Source of the DNA: Nitrosopumilus sp.
GTDB taxonomy: Archaea > Thermoproteota > Nitrososphaeria > Nitrososphaerales > Nitrosopumilaceae
Length of the DNA: 64,000 bases
NCBI GenBank assembly: GCA_965205425.1
Contig: CBDBGZ010000009.1
Coordinates: 96,001 to 160,000, forward strand
Direction: 5' to 3'
Under the pieces are notes generated by a model. That model was not told where the DNA came from. It saw only the letters and a program-made list of their open reading frames with translations, and ran no database searches. Both the position numbers and the translations under genes were made by a program. Each line of letters begins with the position of its first letter. Position 1 is the first letter of the stretch. Shown piece by piece: positions 1-10,086 of the stretch.

Positions 1-279
1 ATTTGCTTTTCCAGTTTCAATATAATCTTCAAAGATTGCAGGTTTTGTGTCATGGAACCAATTGTAGCATTGATGACATTGATAATCTCCGAATTCAACA
101 ATAGTAATTGGTGCAGACGGATCACCTAAGATAGGCGAGCCCATAGCAGTAGAAATTGTGCCATGAGATCTTTCCATATCTAAATTAACAGTTTCAGAAG
201 TAGATGCAGACAAAGATGCGGCAACTCCAGCAATTATAGCAATAATTATGACGCCTATAACTAGACCTTTTTTATTCAT
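1..279 (-). CDS. DsbA-family thioredoxin-fold oxidoreductase (3' end runs off the window)
   Basis: Manual translation MNKKGLVIGVIII...GDPSAPITIVEFGDYQCHQCYNWF: N-terminal TM plus EFxDYQCxxC motif. Confidence 0.85.
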   Translation of the reverse strand, partial: MNKKGLVIGVIIIAIIAGVAASLSASTSETVNLDMERSHGTISTAMGSPILGDPSAPITIVEFGDYQCHQCYNWFHDTKPAIFEDYIETGKAN

Positions 280-311
280 AATTCAAAACAGATAGGGCAG
301 GTTAAAAAAAC

Positions 312-506
312 TTATTCCAAATTACGGGATGATTTTCGTCTGAAGAGGTTTACAAATTTTGCAATGGCAGTATCAATTGGACAAACTTCACATGAAACAC
401 TAGAAGAATGACCATCAAGATGTTTTTCAAATTTTTCACGAGATTCTAAAATGAGATCACATTTTTCACAATACACTTTGGCAATGTTATTTTTTGTCAC
501 AATCAT
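312..506 (-). CDS. Small C2H2-type zinc-finger protein
   Basis: CEKC-x12-HLDGH followed by CEVC. Confidence 0.7.
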   Translation of the reverse strand: MIVTKNNIAKVYCEKCDLILESREKFEKHLDGHSSSVSCEVCPIDTAIAKFVNLFRRKSSRNLE

Positions 507-550
507 TTTGAGTAATTAGTGCTTATAAAGATCCTGTTGAAAATCAACAT

Positions 551-820
551 ATGAGAAAAATTGTAGATACATTAGTAACAGGATTTTTCATAGTTTTGTT
601 AGGAACATTATGGTATTGTACAAAATGTTTTGTCAAACCAACTAAATACAAAATTATCATTTATGATGTTTTAGGAAATCAAGTAAATGTTGATGGAATT
701 AGAACAAGTTTTAACACACCAAAAGTCGCAAATAATTACATTTTTGAATATCAGAATAGATTCGCTCAGTATAATTTTTCAATGGCATCAGAAATGCCAA
801 TCATTAAAAAAATTGGTTAA
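551..820 (+). CDS. Hypothetical protein with N-terminal hydrophobic segment
   Basis: 89-aa ATG ORF filling the gap between neighbours. Confidence 0.5.
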   Translation: MRKIVDTLVTGFFIVLLGTLWYCTKCFVKPTKYKIIIYDVLGNQVNVDGIRTSFNTPKVANNYIFEYQNRFAQYNFSMASEMPIIKKIG

Positions 821-836
821 TTAAAAAATTAAAAAT

Positions 837-1208
837 TTAAAGATAATGAATTCTCATATGAACATTCAACTCAACTTGATATTGAGTTACATATCCACAA
901 TGAGTACATGAAAACAATCCAGGTTGAGATTCACTTTCTGTTTTCTCTATTACTCTCCCAGAAATTGATGTGATGTTAATTATATCATTATTTGAGATCA
1001 CAGCAAAATTACTACCCTCATCTATTGAATCCAAATATCCCTTTATTGCAGAAATTACTTTAGTAGTATCAATAATCTCATCGTCATCTAAGGATGATAA
1101 AGTAAATTGATTGTTCTTTAAAGTAGGAATTGCAGCTACCTCATCTGCCACATATACAAGTAAGTCATTCTTTATTGAGACTACATCTTTACAATCAATA
1201 GTAAGCAT
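837..1208 (-). CDS. Hypothetical protein with C-terminal C2H2 zinc finger
   Basis: CTHC-x12-HMRIH at the C-terminus. Confidence 0.75.
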   Translation of the reverse strand: MLTIDCKDVVSIKNDLLVYVADEVAAIPTLKNNQFTLSSLDDDEIIDTTKVISAIKGYLDSIDEGSNFAVISNNDIINITSISGRVIEKTESESQPGLFSCTHCGYVTQYQVELNVHMRIHYL

Positions 1209-1291
1209 AAGATAAGGTTAGTTGAATCAATATTTTAGTTTAACATTCATAGAAAATGATTATTATGGATTAAGATTGTAAATTAAATTAC

Positions 1292-1678
1292 ATGGGAGAT
1301 TCAGAAACATTCGGAATTGAAAAAGGTCATGGAGAAGAAGTTATCTCATGGTTAAATGAACAATCTAACTCTCAATCCATGAAACTGGAAGCCAGATTGT
1401 ATGGATATACTGTAACAACTGAAAATTTTGGAGATTTTGAAATGTTTTCATGGATTGGAGATGTACAAAATGCAAGGAAAATGATTATCAAAGCAAGTAA
1501 AAGATTCAAAGTGAAAGTTATCGAGGGAGGATACAAACCTAAAGAAAAAATTTTCAAAATGAAAAAATTTGATTTTGCCAAAGTCAAAAAAGGGGATAAA
1601 ACAATTGGACAATTACAATTTGCAGCATCAAGATTTGGTAACAAAAATTGGGAAATTCAAGATGAAGAACGCCATTAA
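1292..1678 (+). CDS. Hypothetical protein
   Basis: 128-aa ORF, apparently co-transcribed with the downstream dehydrogenase. Confidence 0.7.
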   Translation: MGDSETFGIEKGHGEEVISWLNEQSNSQSMKLEARLYGYTVTTENFGDFEMFSWIGDVQNARKMIIKASKRFKVKVIEGGYKPKEKIFKMKKFDFAKVKKGDKTIGQLQFAASRFGNKNWEIQDEERH

Positions 1679-1702
1679 CAGTAGAATATCGGAGAGATTT
1701 TA

Positions 1703-2575
1703 ATGAAAAAAATAGGAATAATTGGATTGGGAATGCTAGGTAATGCAGTAGCATTACATCTGTTAAATTCAAATTTTGAAATAATTGCATATAACAGAAC
1801 AAAAGAAAAAACAAACGAGTTAAAAGAAAAAGGAGCAACTATCGTTTCAGATCCAAAAGAAGTTGCAGAAAAATCAGAGTTGGTAATCATAGTAGTAAAA
1901 GATGCAGATGCAGTAAAACAAGTTTCATTTGAAGAAAGTGGAATCATCAGAGGAAATCATGAGGGATTAATTGTGGCAGATATGAGTACAATTGACCCAT
2001 CAGAATCAAAAAATATTTCAAAAAAATTTCTAGAACAGGGCATAAACAAACTAGACATTCCAGTAATGGGAGGGCCCAATGTTGCAATTACAGGGGATTT
2101 GGTCATGATGGCATCAGGAGATAGAGATAGTTTTGAGCAGTGTAAAACAGTGTTTGACACCATTGCAAGTAAAGTGTTTCATCTTGGAGACAGTGGAGTA
2201 GCGCATTCGGTAAAATTAGCAATGAATCTTCAAATTACCATGTTAGCATTGTCATTATCTGAAGGTATTACACTTGTAAAAAACGCAGGGGGGGATCCCA
2301 AAATATTTCTTGGAATTTTAAACTCTACATATTTCAAAACAGGAATGAGTGAAAAAAAGGCGTACAAAATGATTGAAGGGAAATACGATGCAACATTCAC
2401 TCTTGCTAATTTGAAAAAAGATATCACCACAATGACAAATACAGCAAAATCTCTAGGAATTGAACTACCAATGATTAGCAAAGCTGAAGAAGTATATGAA
2501 AACGCAATCAAAGAAGGTCTTGGAGATATAGATTATACAGGAATTATTGAATATCTCAAAAAAATTAATGGATAA
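1703..2575 (+). CDS. NAD(P)-dependent beta-hydroxyacid dehydrogenase (3-hydroxyisobutyrate/6-phosphogluconate dehydrogenase family)
   Basis: IGIIGLGMLG Rossmann motif, DIPVMGG, VKLAMN. Confidence 0.9.
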   Translation: MKKIGIIGLGMLGNAVALHLLNSNFEIIAYNRTKEKTNELKEKGATIVSDPKEVAEKSELVIIVVKDADAVKQVSFEESGIIRGNHEGLIVADMSTIDPSESKNISKKFLEQGINKLDIPVMGGPNVAITGDLVMMASGDRDSFEQCKTVFDTIASKVFHLGDSGVAHSVKLAMNLQITMLALSLSEGITLVKNAGGDPKIFLGILNSTYFKTGMSEKKAYKMIEGKYDATFTLANLKKDITTMTNTAKSLGIELPMISKAEEVYENAIKEGLGDIDYTGIIEYLKKING

Positions 2576-2640
2576 AATAAACCAAAATCATGAATAGAAT
2601 TCAACAAAAATTCTATAAGTTATGAATACAGTATAAAATT

Positions 2641-3402
2641 ATGCGATTAAATGAAAAAGTTGCCATAGTCACTGGAGCATCAAGTGACATTGGGAAAGGT
2701 ATTGCCAAGAGATTTGCTAAAGAAGGAGCCAAAGTTATCCTAGTTGCCAGGAATTTAGAGCAGTTAGAAGCCACTAGAAAAGAAATTGGTAATGAAGAAT
2801 TAACCGCATCCATATCTTGTGATTTAACTGATGAGTCCCAAGTATTGCAAGCTGTAAATCAGATAATGGACACATATGGAAAAATCGATATTTTAGTAAA
2901 TAATGCAGGAGCGATTAATGATCCAATACATTTTCATGAAATGCAAGATTCAGAAATTAAAAAATTGATTGATGTGAACTTGTTAGGAGTATTCCACATG
3001 ACAAAAGCGGTATTATCAAAGATGTCAGATGTTAAAAATGGTGCAATAGTAAATGTGGGCTCAATTTCTAGTGAAAGGGCAATTCCAAGAGTACACTTGG
3101 CAGTTTATTCATCTACAAAAGCTGCAATTTCGATGTTTACAAAATCAATTGCAGTAGAATATGCCAGAAGAAACATTAGATGTAATTGTGTAAATCCAGG
3201 AATTATTAATTCAGGAATGATAAAACCATATCTTGATGATCCACAAGCAAGAAAAGTTCTTGAAGAAAGATTACCGCTTGCAAGAGTAGGAGAACCAGAA
3301 GATGTAGCAAATGCGGCATTGTATTTGACTTCAGATGAAGCAAATTGGGTTACAGGAACCATTCTAAATGTAGATGGCGGTAAAACAGCTTCAGAAGGAT
3401 GA
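2641..3402 (+). CDS. Short-chain dehydrogenase/reductase (SDR)
   Basis: [17 protein letters not shown] catalytic motif, VDGG. Confidence 0.92.
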   Translation: MRLNEKVAIVTGASSDIGKGIAKRFAKEGAKVILVARNLEQLEATRKEIGNEELTASISCDLTDESQVLQAVNQIMDTYGKIDILVNNAGAINDPIHFHEMQDSEIKKLIDVNLLGVFHMTKAVLSKMSDVKNGAIVNVGSISSERAIPRVHLAVYSSTKAAISMFTKSIAVEYARRNIRCNCVNPGIINSGMIKPYLDDPQARKVLEERLPLARVGEPEDVANAALYLTSDEANWVTGTILNVDGGKTASEG

Positions 3403-3435
3403 AAATCTTAAATTTAAAATTCACATATAGAATAT

Positions 3436-3633
3436 GTGGCAACTAGAGATGATCTCAAAAATGACATTCTAAAAGCTACAGACGAACAGCAAAAATTGAT
3501 GATTTTAAGGAAACCATATCTAGGTTCAAAAGACAATGAAGACCAAATGAATGCATTTAGAATAACCACTCAAATAATGAAATATGAAGATTTCATCAGA
3601 GACACAGAAAAGCAACTTAGAGTAATGGAATAA
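3436..3633 (+). CDS. Small helical hypothetical protein
   Basis: 65-aa GTG-start ORF after an AT-rich TATA-like tract. Confidence 0.6.
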   Translation: MATRDDLKNDILKATDEQQKLMILRKPYLGSKDNEDQMNAFRITTQIMKYEDFIRDTEKQLRVME

Positions 3634-3648
3634 TTTTACATAAACAAA

Positions 3649-3768
3649 TCAAGATGAAGAGATCTTATTTTTCTTAGAGTATGCGCGATAACTAAATCCA
3701 GTGATCAACATTACAATTCCAGTGAGAGCAGACCATATAGCAAACGATCCAAATTCAGATTCATCCAT
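3649..3768 (-). CDS. 39-aa single-TM microprotein (not in ORF track)
   Basis: MDESEFGSFAIWSALTGIVMLITGFSYRAYSKKNKISSS*: acidic N-terminus, TM, basic tail. Confidence 0.55.
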   Translation of the reverse strand: MDESEFGSFAIWSALTGIVMLITGFSYRAYSKKNKISSS

Positions 3769-3867
3769 AATTTACTGCAGATAGATAACCATCTAAAGTT
3801 TAGGTTGAGAATAGATAATTCTCCAAAAGTATGAAACATCTAAATAGATTTGATACGGATGGAATTT

Positions 3868-4077
3868 ATGCCTGAATTTACATGTCCAGACTGTGGAAAA
3901 CGGCTATTTCATGAAAATGAAACAACATTAAAAATTGAAGAGACAATCCACTCTAAATTCTGTAGAAAAACAGAAGGGGAAACTCATAGCTTTATGCACA
4001 GAGATCCAGGACATATGGAAACCTTTGATGCTGAAAGAGAAAATGACACTACAGGTACTCCAGTATTAAAAAAGTAA
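3868..4077 (+). CDS. Small CPxCG zinc-binding protein
   Basis: MPEFTCPDCG...HSKFC; ATG 3868 preferred over TTG 3850. Confidence 0.65.
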   Translation: MPEFTCPDCGKRLFHENETTLKIEETIHSKFCRKTEGETHSFMHRDPGHMETFDAERENDTTGTPVLKK

Positions 4078-4128
4078 ACTAGACGTTTACCTCAAAATTA
4101 TATCCTAGGTCAATATGATTCAAATTAA

Positions 4129-5343
4129 TTGTCTGAAGAATACCATTATGATTTAGTAGTTGTAGGAGGAGGACCAGCTGGATCCTCAGCAGCATTTTCT
4201 GCAGCAAAAAATGGAATCAAAGTAGCTTTGATTGAGAAAGAAAATTCAATTGCAGAAACAGTAAGAACTAGTGGGGTTACATGGATTCAAAATATCAAAG
4301 AATTTGGGATTCCAGATGATTGTTTTAATCCAATCAAAAATTTTTCATTTTGTTCTCCTAATAACGAAGTCACAATAAGTGATGTAGTGCCAAGAGCTGC
4401 AGTTTTAGATGTAAGAAAAACATACAGATGGTTAGCAAATGAAGCAGAAAAAATAGGTGCAGATATTTTTGTTAAAACAAATATTAAAGATATAATCAAA
4501 AATGAAAAAGGAGATATCATAGGAGTCAAAGGAATCGGAGTTAATGGAGAAGTAACATTCCATTCCAAAGTAGTTATTGACGCCAGTGGTTTTCAATCAA
4601 CAGTTTGCAAAGCCATGGGATTTGCATCTCAATGGGAACGATTTGGAGCAGGTGCAGAATATGAAGTAGAAGCAGAAAATGTAGATTCTGAAACCTGGTG
4701 GTTAATGGTGGGGCAAGAATATTCACCTGCAGGTTATGCTTGGATTTTTCCTTTAGGAAATAATATTGTCAGAATTGGTGTAGGAGTTGGAAAACCAGAA
4801 TCAAATGTAGATCCTACTCAAAGACTAAAGGAGATTATGGAGAAAAAACTGGGCCCTATCAAAAAATTAGGAAAATTAAAGGAGATTGAATTTCATTATG
4901 GATTAATTCCCAACGACGGATTATCTAGAAAAACAGTTTTCAATAATTTAATTTTGGTGGGAGATTCAGCAGGACAAGCAAATCCATTAGTTTTGGAAGG
5001 GATAAGATATGCCATAAAATTTGGAAGAGTTGCAGGGAAAGTAGCATCAGATGCAATAAAATCAGGCACCACAGATAGAAAATCCCTCAACCCATACGAA
5101 GAAAATTGGAGAAAAGAGATTGAAACTAAAATTAATTCAGCAGGTAAAGTTCAGGACAGATGGATTGGATTAACAGATGAAGAGTGGGATAAAGAATTGG
5201 ACATCATCAAGGAATTAAAATCTGAAGAATTTATTGAATTCATTAAAGCAGATTTTAGATTATCAAACATGATCAAATTAGCAACACATCACCCAAAATT
5301 GGCAGTTAGACAATTGTTTAATCTAGTTAAAGGGGGAAAATAA
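4129..5343 (+). CDS. Geranylgeranyl reductase family flavoprotein
   Basis: GGGPAG FAD motif, GYAWIFP, LVGDSAG..NPL..EGI. Confidence 0.9.
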   Translation: MSEEYHYDLVVVGGGPAGSSAAFSAAKNGIKVALIEKENSIAETVRTSGVTWIQNIKEFGIPDDCFNPIKNFSFCSPNNEVTISDVVPRAAVLDVRKTYRWLANEAEKIGADIFVKTNIKDIIKNEKGDIIGVKGIGVNGEVTFHSKVVIDASGFQSTVCKAMGFASQWERFGAGAEYEVEAENVDSETWWLMVGQEYSPAGYAWIFPLGNNIVRIGVGVGKPESNVDPTQRLKEIMEKKLGPIKKLGKLKEIEFHYGLIPNDGLSRKTVFNNLILVGDSAGQANPLVLEGIRYAIKFGRVAGKVASDAIKSGTTDRKSLNPYEENWRKEIETKINSAGKVQDRWIGLTDEEWDKELDIIKELKSEEFIEFIKADFRLSNMIKLATHHPKLAVRQLFNLVKGGK

Positions 5344-8301
5344 TTATTTAACATTAAAGAAATCAGTAACTACAATATCATGGTATTCCAACTGAGTTAC
5401 ATACACACCAGAATCAAATGGACGAGATATTGTTTCAGTGAATAATCCAGATGAATTATCTTTTAGTGCAATCTCTGTAACCAAAGTACCCTGTTGATCA
5501 TAAACGTCTACAAACAAATCTTCTCTAAAAGCAAGAGTTTTTTGAACGGCACCAGACACAATCAATTTATCATCATCATAAATGGCTTCAACTACCGCAA
5601 CACGAGATCTTACAGGAAGGTATCGTTCAATGATGAGTTTTAATTCATTTAGATTATCATTCACTTTTTCATCATCCTTATCTTTGAATGCAAATTCAAT
5701 TTCATTTATCACAGATGCAAATCTAGGGTTAGTGTAAAAGCTCTCACCTCCAAACTTGTCTGCAAAGGATTCTAGTTCTTCAAATTCGCGTGCAAGTTCA
5801 GTCATACTCAAATCAGAAGAATCATACTCATAATCGAAATCTTCTTCAACATGTACAATTTGAGAAGCCTTGGAATCTTTGTATTGTAGCATTACAACAT
5901 AGAGACCAGGATCAGTTGGAGCAACCCATTGTGTGAAAAAGTTACCTTGTTTAGTATCAGTAAATTCAAGGCTGCTGTGTGTACTACCATCCATATTGTA
6001 CACAGTTACGTACAAATTTTCACGTCTATCAAAAACAGATTTTTCAGTTGCACCATTAATCACCCAAATATCTTTTTCAGTATCAAATGAAATGTCATAG
6101 ATGATACTCTCATCATGAAGAACCAAATAATCACTCAAATATTCACCGATTTCCATAATCTCAGATTCTGCATCTACAAAATTTCCAAGTTCAAGTAACT
6201 TTTCAACACCATTCATTTTATGATTATATTCATCAACATATTCGGAAAATCCTGCATTGTAAAACGTAGAGACCATATTTGAGAAAGTAGTTAATTTTTT
6301 ACGAAATTCAATACGTTTGATTTCATCAATAGTGTACCCAACATCTGAACCGTTAGGATCATCAGTATATGCTTGTGACACAATAGTCCATTCGTCAAAC
6401 AAATCACGAACTAATTCATCAGCTTGATCAAGATCATTTTTAATTACAAGGTCTCTAACAGCATCAATTTTTTCATTAAATGTTTCAGTAAATTCAATAT
6501 AATTTGGTAAGAATCTATTTTTGGTTAAACTTAATTCAACTAAATTTTCAAGAGATTTTGCACGTTGTAAAATATCACTTGCACGAATTTTGTATGCATC
6601 TTTATTGTAAGAATCTAAATCATCTTTTATTTTTGGAGATATATCACTAACCCATGTAAGTAATACTTCGATTCTATCAATTCTAGTAATTGAAGGGTTT
6701 CCAGATTCCATTTGTTTAGCTGTATCTAAAATTCTTAATGCGTTATCTATTAGGAATAAATTTTCATAGTCAGCTTGTAGTTCTGCCTTTTCTTTCATAG
6801 TTTTATATTGAAATTCTAAAACAACGATTGGATTTCTTTTCTCCCGGAGTTCAGTCATAGATTGATCAAATTCAGAAACAATTTCTAAAACATCATCAAT
6901 AGAATTAGCATTCTCTACACGTTCTAAAAGTAATTTCCAATCATTAACAAGGCCACTGTCAACACCGCTTGTTTGGGAAATTTCTACACTTTTACTAATT
7001 CTAGAGGAGATGTCAATGACTTGAACCATTTGATGAATTTTTGATTCAGATTCCAAAAGATCATCAACAGAAGATGCCAAAGCCAAATTGCCTTCCAACT
7101 TATTCCAATCAGGCATGATCAAATTAACCAGATCACTGTTTTCTTCAGAATCAGATGAAATGAATCTATCAACATTATCAAGTTCTCGTAAAAGAATTGC
7201 GGCGTGATGCAAGTCTGAAACACGGGTGTTTGAAGCAATTAATTCTTCAATAGATTCCTTAGCAGATAATGAAGGTTTTAGAGATTCCCAATCGTTTTGG
7301 ACTAATCTGTATAGATCACTTTGTTTTCTAGAAATTACATCAAGATATCTGGATTTTGAAAGAATATCAATTAATTCAGTTATCTCATCAGAGTAAACAG
7401 GAGCAGTTCCTCTTGCAAAAATAAACCCAACTTCATTCTTTACAGATTTACTCATCACGGTGTCAGATTTTTTCATTAAATTCAACAAGGTTTCTTCCAA
7501 CTCATCAAAAGTTGGAGCTCTTTGGGTTGCTGCTTTTTCAGGATTAACATTTCTAACATCAACAAATGCATCAGTTAACAAATCAATTGCTTTTGTCTTA
7601 TCACCTATTTCATAATAAAATACAGATGTAAAGATGGTCTTATCAATGGATTTTGCAATTTCAAATGAAATTTCATCCTCATCCAGTAATTGTTGTACAG
7701 AATCAAGTGCAGAAGAAACTGCAGGTCTTATCAAAGGATTAATTTCAATTATTAAGTCATCTACAAAAAATTCACTCCACAAATTTACATAACTAGATTC
7801 TAATTCTGATAAATTATTTGTTAATTCGCTTGAAATAGGGGAAGGGATATCAAATAGAGTTCCAACAACATCACCATGAGCAGATACTAGATTTTGTGCA
7901 GAAGAAATCAATTGATCATTGTTTGGAGTAGAAAATGAGCCAGAAGAAACAGTGAATGTTGTGGATTTAGAATAATCACCATAAAATAATTTTATTTCAT
8001 ATTCACCTGAAATACCACATATTCTTCCTTCTAGTGGAATCACGTCAGTGATAAAAGCGCCATTTGATAATGGCATCAATTGTTGAATTTGACACAAATC
8101 ACCTTGTGGGTTAAAAATTTGCATAATCAAAAAAGAATCATCCAAAATGTTTGCAATTTGGCCATAAACAAATAATGGCTCACCGCTATCATAATTACCA
8201 AAATTCTCTAGAAGGGTAATACGATCAGGAGTCTGAGCTGAGGCATAAACAGGCATCAAAAGTATTACAAATAGGCTCAAAACTACAGGAATTCGACTCA
8301 T
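5344..8301 (-). CDS. Large secreted/surface protein with Ig-like modules and a helical core
   Basis: 985 aa, signal peptide, acidic composition, G.Y.I/V beta-modules at both ends. Confidence 0.8.
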   Translation of the reverse strand: MSRIPVVLSLFVILLMPVYASAQTPDRITLLENFGNYDSGEPLFVYGQIANILDDSFLIMQIFNPQGDLCQIQQLMPLSNGAFITDVIPLEGRICGISGEYEIKLFYGDYSKSTTFTVSSGSFSTPNNDQLISSAQNLVSAHGDVVGTLFDIPSPISSELTNNLSELESSYVNLWSEFFVDDLIIEINPLIRPAVSSALDSVQQLLDEDEISFEIAKSIDKTIFTSVFYYEIGDKTKAIDLLTDAFVDVRNVNPEKAATQRAPTFDELEETLLNLMKKSDTVMSKSVKNEVGFIFARGTAPVYSDEITELIDILSKSRYLDVISRKQSDLYRLVQNDWESLKPSLSAKESIEELIASNTRVSDLHHAAILLRELDNVDRFISSDSEENSDLVNLIMPDWNKLEGNLALASSVDDLLESESKIHQMVQVIDISSRISKSVEISQTSGVDSGLVNDWKLLLERVENANSIDDVLEIVSEFDQSMTELREKRNPIVVLEFQYKTMKEKAELQADYENLFLIDNALRILDTAKQMESGNPSITRIDRIEVLLTWVSDISPKIKDDLDSYNKDAYKIRASDILQRAKSLENLVELSLTKNRFLPNYIEFTETFNEKIDAVRDLVIKNDLDQADELVRDLFDEWTIVSQAYTDDPNGSDVGYTIDEIKRIEFRKKLTTFSNMVSTFYNAGFSEYVDEYNHKMNGVEKLLELGNFVDAESEIMEIGEYLSDYLVLHDESIIYDISFDTEKDIWVINGATEKSVFDRRENLYVTVYNMDGSTHSSLEFTDTKQGNFFTQWVAPTDPGLYVVMLQYKDSKASQIVHVEEDFDYEYDSSDLSMTELAREFEELESFADKFGGESFYTNPRFASVINEIEFAFKDKDDEKVNDNLNELKLIIERYLPVRSRVAVVEAIYDDDKLIVSGAVQKTLAFREDLFVDVYDQQGTLVTEIALKDNSSGLFTETISRPFDSGVYVTQLEYHDIVVTDFFNVK

Positions 8302-8376
8302 AAGGATCCAAATCGAGGCTCATACTACTTAAAACTTGAGCAGCTATGATATGGAAAATGTCTTCAATTTGAGTAG

Positions 8377-8590
8377 TTAAGCCATGACAACTACCCTAGA
8401 GTAGCTGTCAAGCTTAACTGATGACGTAGTGTTGATTTGGTTGATTGAATAAGGTATGCAGATGGAATGAAATTGTTCGAGTACAAGTTGCGCAATCATT
8501 ACAAATCATACTAGTTGATTTGAAACATCCAGAACATTTAGTATTCTCAAATAATTTTCCACTACAATTTCGACACGATCCATCAGGCAA
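8377..8590 (-). pseudogene. Small double zinc-ribbon protein with an apparent +1 frameshift near 8479
   Basis: TTG8590: MPDGSCRNC...CSGC...CNDC; the fourth ligand pair (EQFHSIC...VVMA*) lies in the +1 frame; the zero frame stops at 8414. Confidence 0.6.
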
Positions 8591-8698
8591 ATCTCTTCAA
8601 AGAAAATTATTAAAAATTGGATATAAGATGCACGAAAAAGTTATTCATCTCAAAGCTCAGCAAGTGTGGATTATATTAGAAATAAGAAAATAGACAAT

Positions 8699-9328
8699 AT
8701 GGACAGAGTAAGAAAAACTTTTGATAAATGGGCTCAAAATGGGAGAGCAGAATTAATGGAGATTGAACATGGAGAAAATGTTGTAAAATTTTTAAAGACA
8801 ATATCATTTGACAAACCATTTACATTTCTGGATGTAGGATGCGGAAATGGATGGGTAGTAAGAAAAATTGCAAGTGAGAAAAATTGTAAAAAATCCATAG
8901 GAATTGACAAAAGCAGCAAAATGATCATTCAATCTAAAAAAAAGATAGAAAGTAAGAAAGAGACATTTTATCACACAGATATTGAATCAATGAAATACAA
9001 GGGAAAATTTGATTTTATTTTTTCGATGGAGTCTATATATTATGCAGACTCTATTGAAATTGCACTTGGAAAGATATTCAAATTATTAAAACCAGGTGGA
9101 CAATTTTTTTGTGGAACTGATTTTTACACAGATAACAAAGCAACAGCAAGGTGGGCGGGAATTATGGAAATTCAAATGCATTTACACTCAAAAAAAGAAT
9201 GGAAAGAATTTTTCAAAAATACAGGATTCATAGTGAAAACAAAACACATCAAAGATTTGAAAAATAAGAAAAAATGGAAAAGAGAATACGGAACACTGTT
9301 CATCACAGGCACAAAACCTAGAAAGTAA
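8699..9328 (+). CDS. Class I SAM-dependent methyltransferase
   Basis: FLDVGCGNG motif I, LKPGG; ATG 8699 preferred. Confidence 0.9.
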   Translation: MDRVRKTFDKWAQNGRAELMEIEHGENVVKFLKTISFDKPFTFLDVGCGNGWVVRKIASEKNCKKSIGIDKSSKMIIQSKKKIESKKETFYHTDIESMKYKGKFDFIFSMESIYYADSIEIALGKIFKLLKPGGQFFCGTDFYTDNKATARWAGIMEIQMHLHSKKEWKEFFKNTGFIVKTKHIKDLKNKKKWKREYGTLFITGTKPRK

Positions 9329-9360
9329 TACTCAAATCAGATAAGCAATTACAATCATCA

Positions 9361-9641
9361 TGTGAGCTGGAGCACGACACGCTGCTACGGCAGAGGAAAC
9401 TCCTCCCTCCAAACAGGAAATGTGATCTGGAGATAGATAATCAGAGATGGTTGGCAACGGAGCAGAAAATAATCCAATATGGCGCACTATGATGGCAAAA
9501 CCTGAGGTTTCCATAAACGGAATGAAAAAGACGACCCACATGGAGCAAAGCCAAACAGAACTTAAAGTTCCTGTACTAGGTTCAGGTAGGCTGCAAAGCG
9601 AAATATCGTGAAAACAGAAGGAGGGTTACTCCCAGCACACA
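9361..9641 (+). ncRNA. rnpB: RNase P RNA
   Basis: P4 signatures GAGGAAACTCC and AACAGAAGGAGGGTTA; terminal P1 pairing TGTGAGCTGGAG / CTCCCAGCACACA; GC-rich island. Confidence 0.92.
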
Positions 9642-9700
9642 TATTTTTAAAATCAAGCATTGGTTAATATATGAACTTCATAAAAAGTATGAATATAGGT

Positions 9701-9814
9701 ATGGTAAAAAGAATTCAATGCCCACATTGTAAAAAAAATCTAGCAGGAGAAGGGCATCTAAAAAGACACCTTAGAACAATACACAAATTAAAAAATAATA
9801 AAACTAACAAATAG
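9701..9814 (+). CDS. 37-aa C2H2 zinc-finger microprotein (not in ORF track)
   Basis: MVKRIQCPHCKKNLAGEGHLKRHLRTIHK...: classical C-x2-C-x12-H-x4-H. Confidence 0.7.
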   Translation: MVKRIQCPHCKKNLAGEGHLKRHLRTIHKLKNNKTNK

Positions 9815-9821
9815 ATTTTAG

Positions 9822-9965
9822 TTATTTTAATCCTTTTTCTAAAACTTCATTGACTATTCTTGAAAAGCTAACAGTGGAAGAAGATTCTTTGATTTTTTTT
9901 GCCTGTAATGCTCTAAGTTTTTTTGCAATATCACTATTCAACATTATAGTTAATCTTTCGGACAT
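9822..9965 (-). CDS. 47-aa ribbon-helix-helix-like DNA-binding protein (not in ORF track)
   Basis: MSERLTIMLNSDIAKKLRALQAKKIKESSSTVSFSRIVNEVLEKGLK*: strand-helix-helix pattern. Confidence 0.7.
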   Translation of the reverse strand: MSERLTIMLNSDIAKKLRALQAKKIKESSSTVSFSRIVNEVLEKGLK

Positions 9966-10037
9966 TACAATTTATGATGCAACCTACTATTTTGAATAAC
10001 AATAAATCATTTTTTTAACAAAATATCAAACATGCGA

Positions 10038-10063
10038 TAATATTCCCATTTGTGGAAATATTA
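10038..10063 (-). promoter_or_regulatory. Intergenic inverted repeat (3'-end hairpin or operator)
   Basis: TAATATTCCCA-TTTG-TGGAAATATTA, fully paired on the minus strand with one G-U. Confidence 0.35.
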
Positions 10064-10086
10064 AGAATTGAAAATTAAAACAACTA

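Noticed and set aside
8375..8430. Fluoride riboswitch, hammerhead or C/D RNA suggested by CTGATGAC
   Set aside because: The other required motifs are missing, and the hairpin pairs better on the opposite strand
8445..8693. 82-aa plus-strand ORF
   Set aside because: Antisense to the Cys-motif gene and has no recognisable features
9332..9541. 69-aa minus-strand ORF
   Set aside because: Antisense to RNase P RNA
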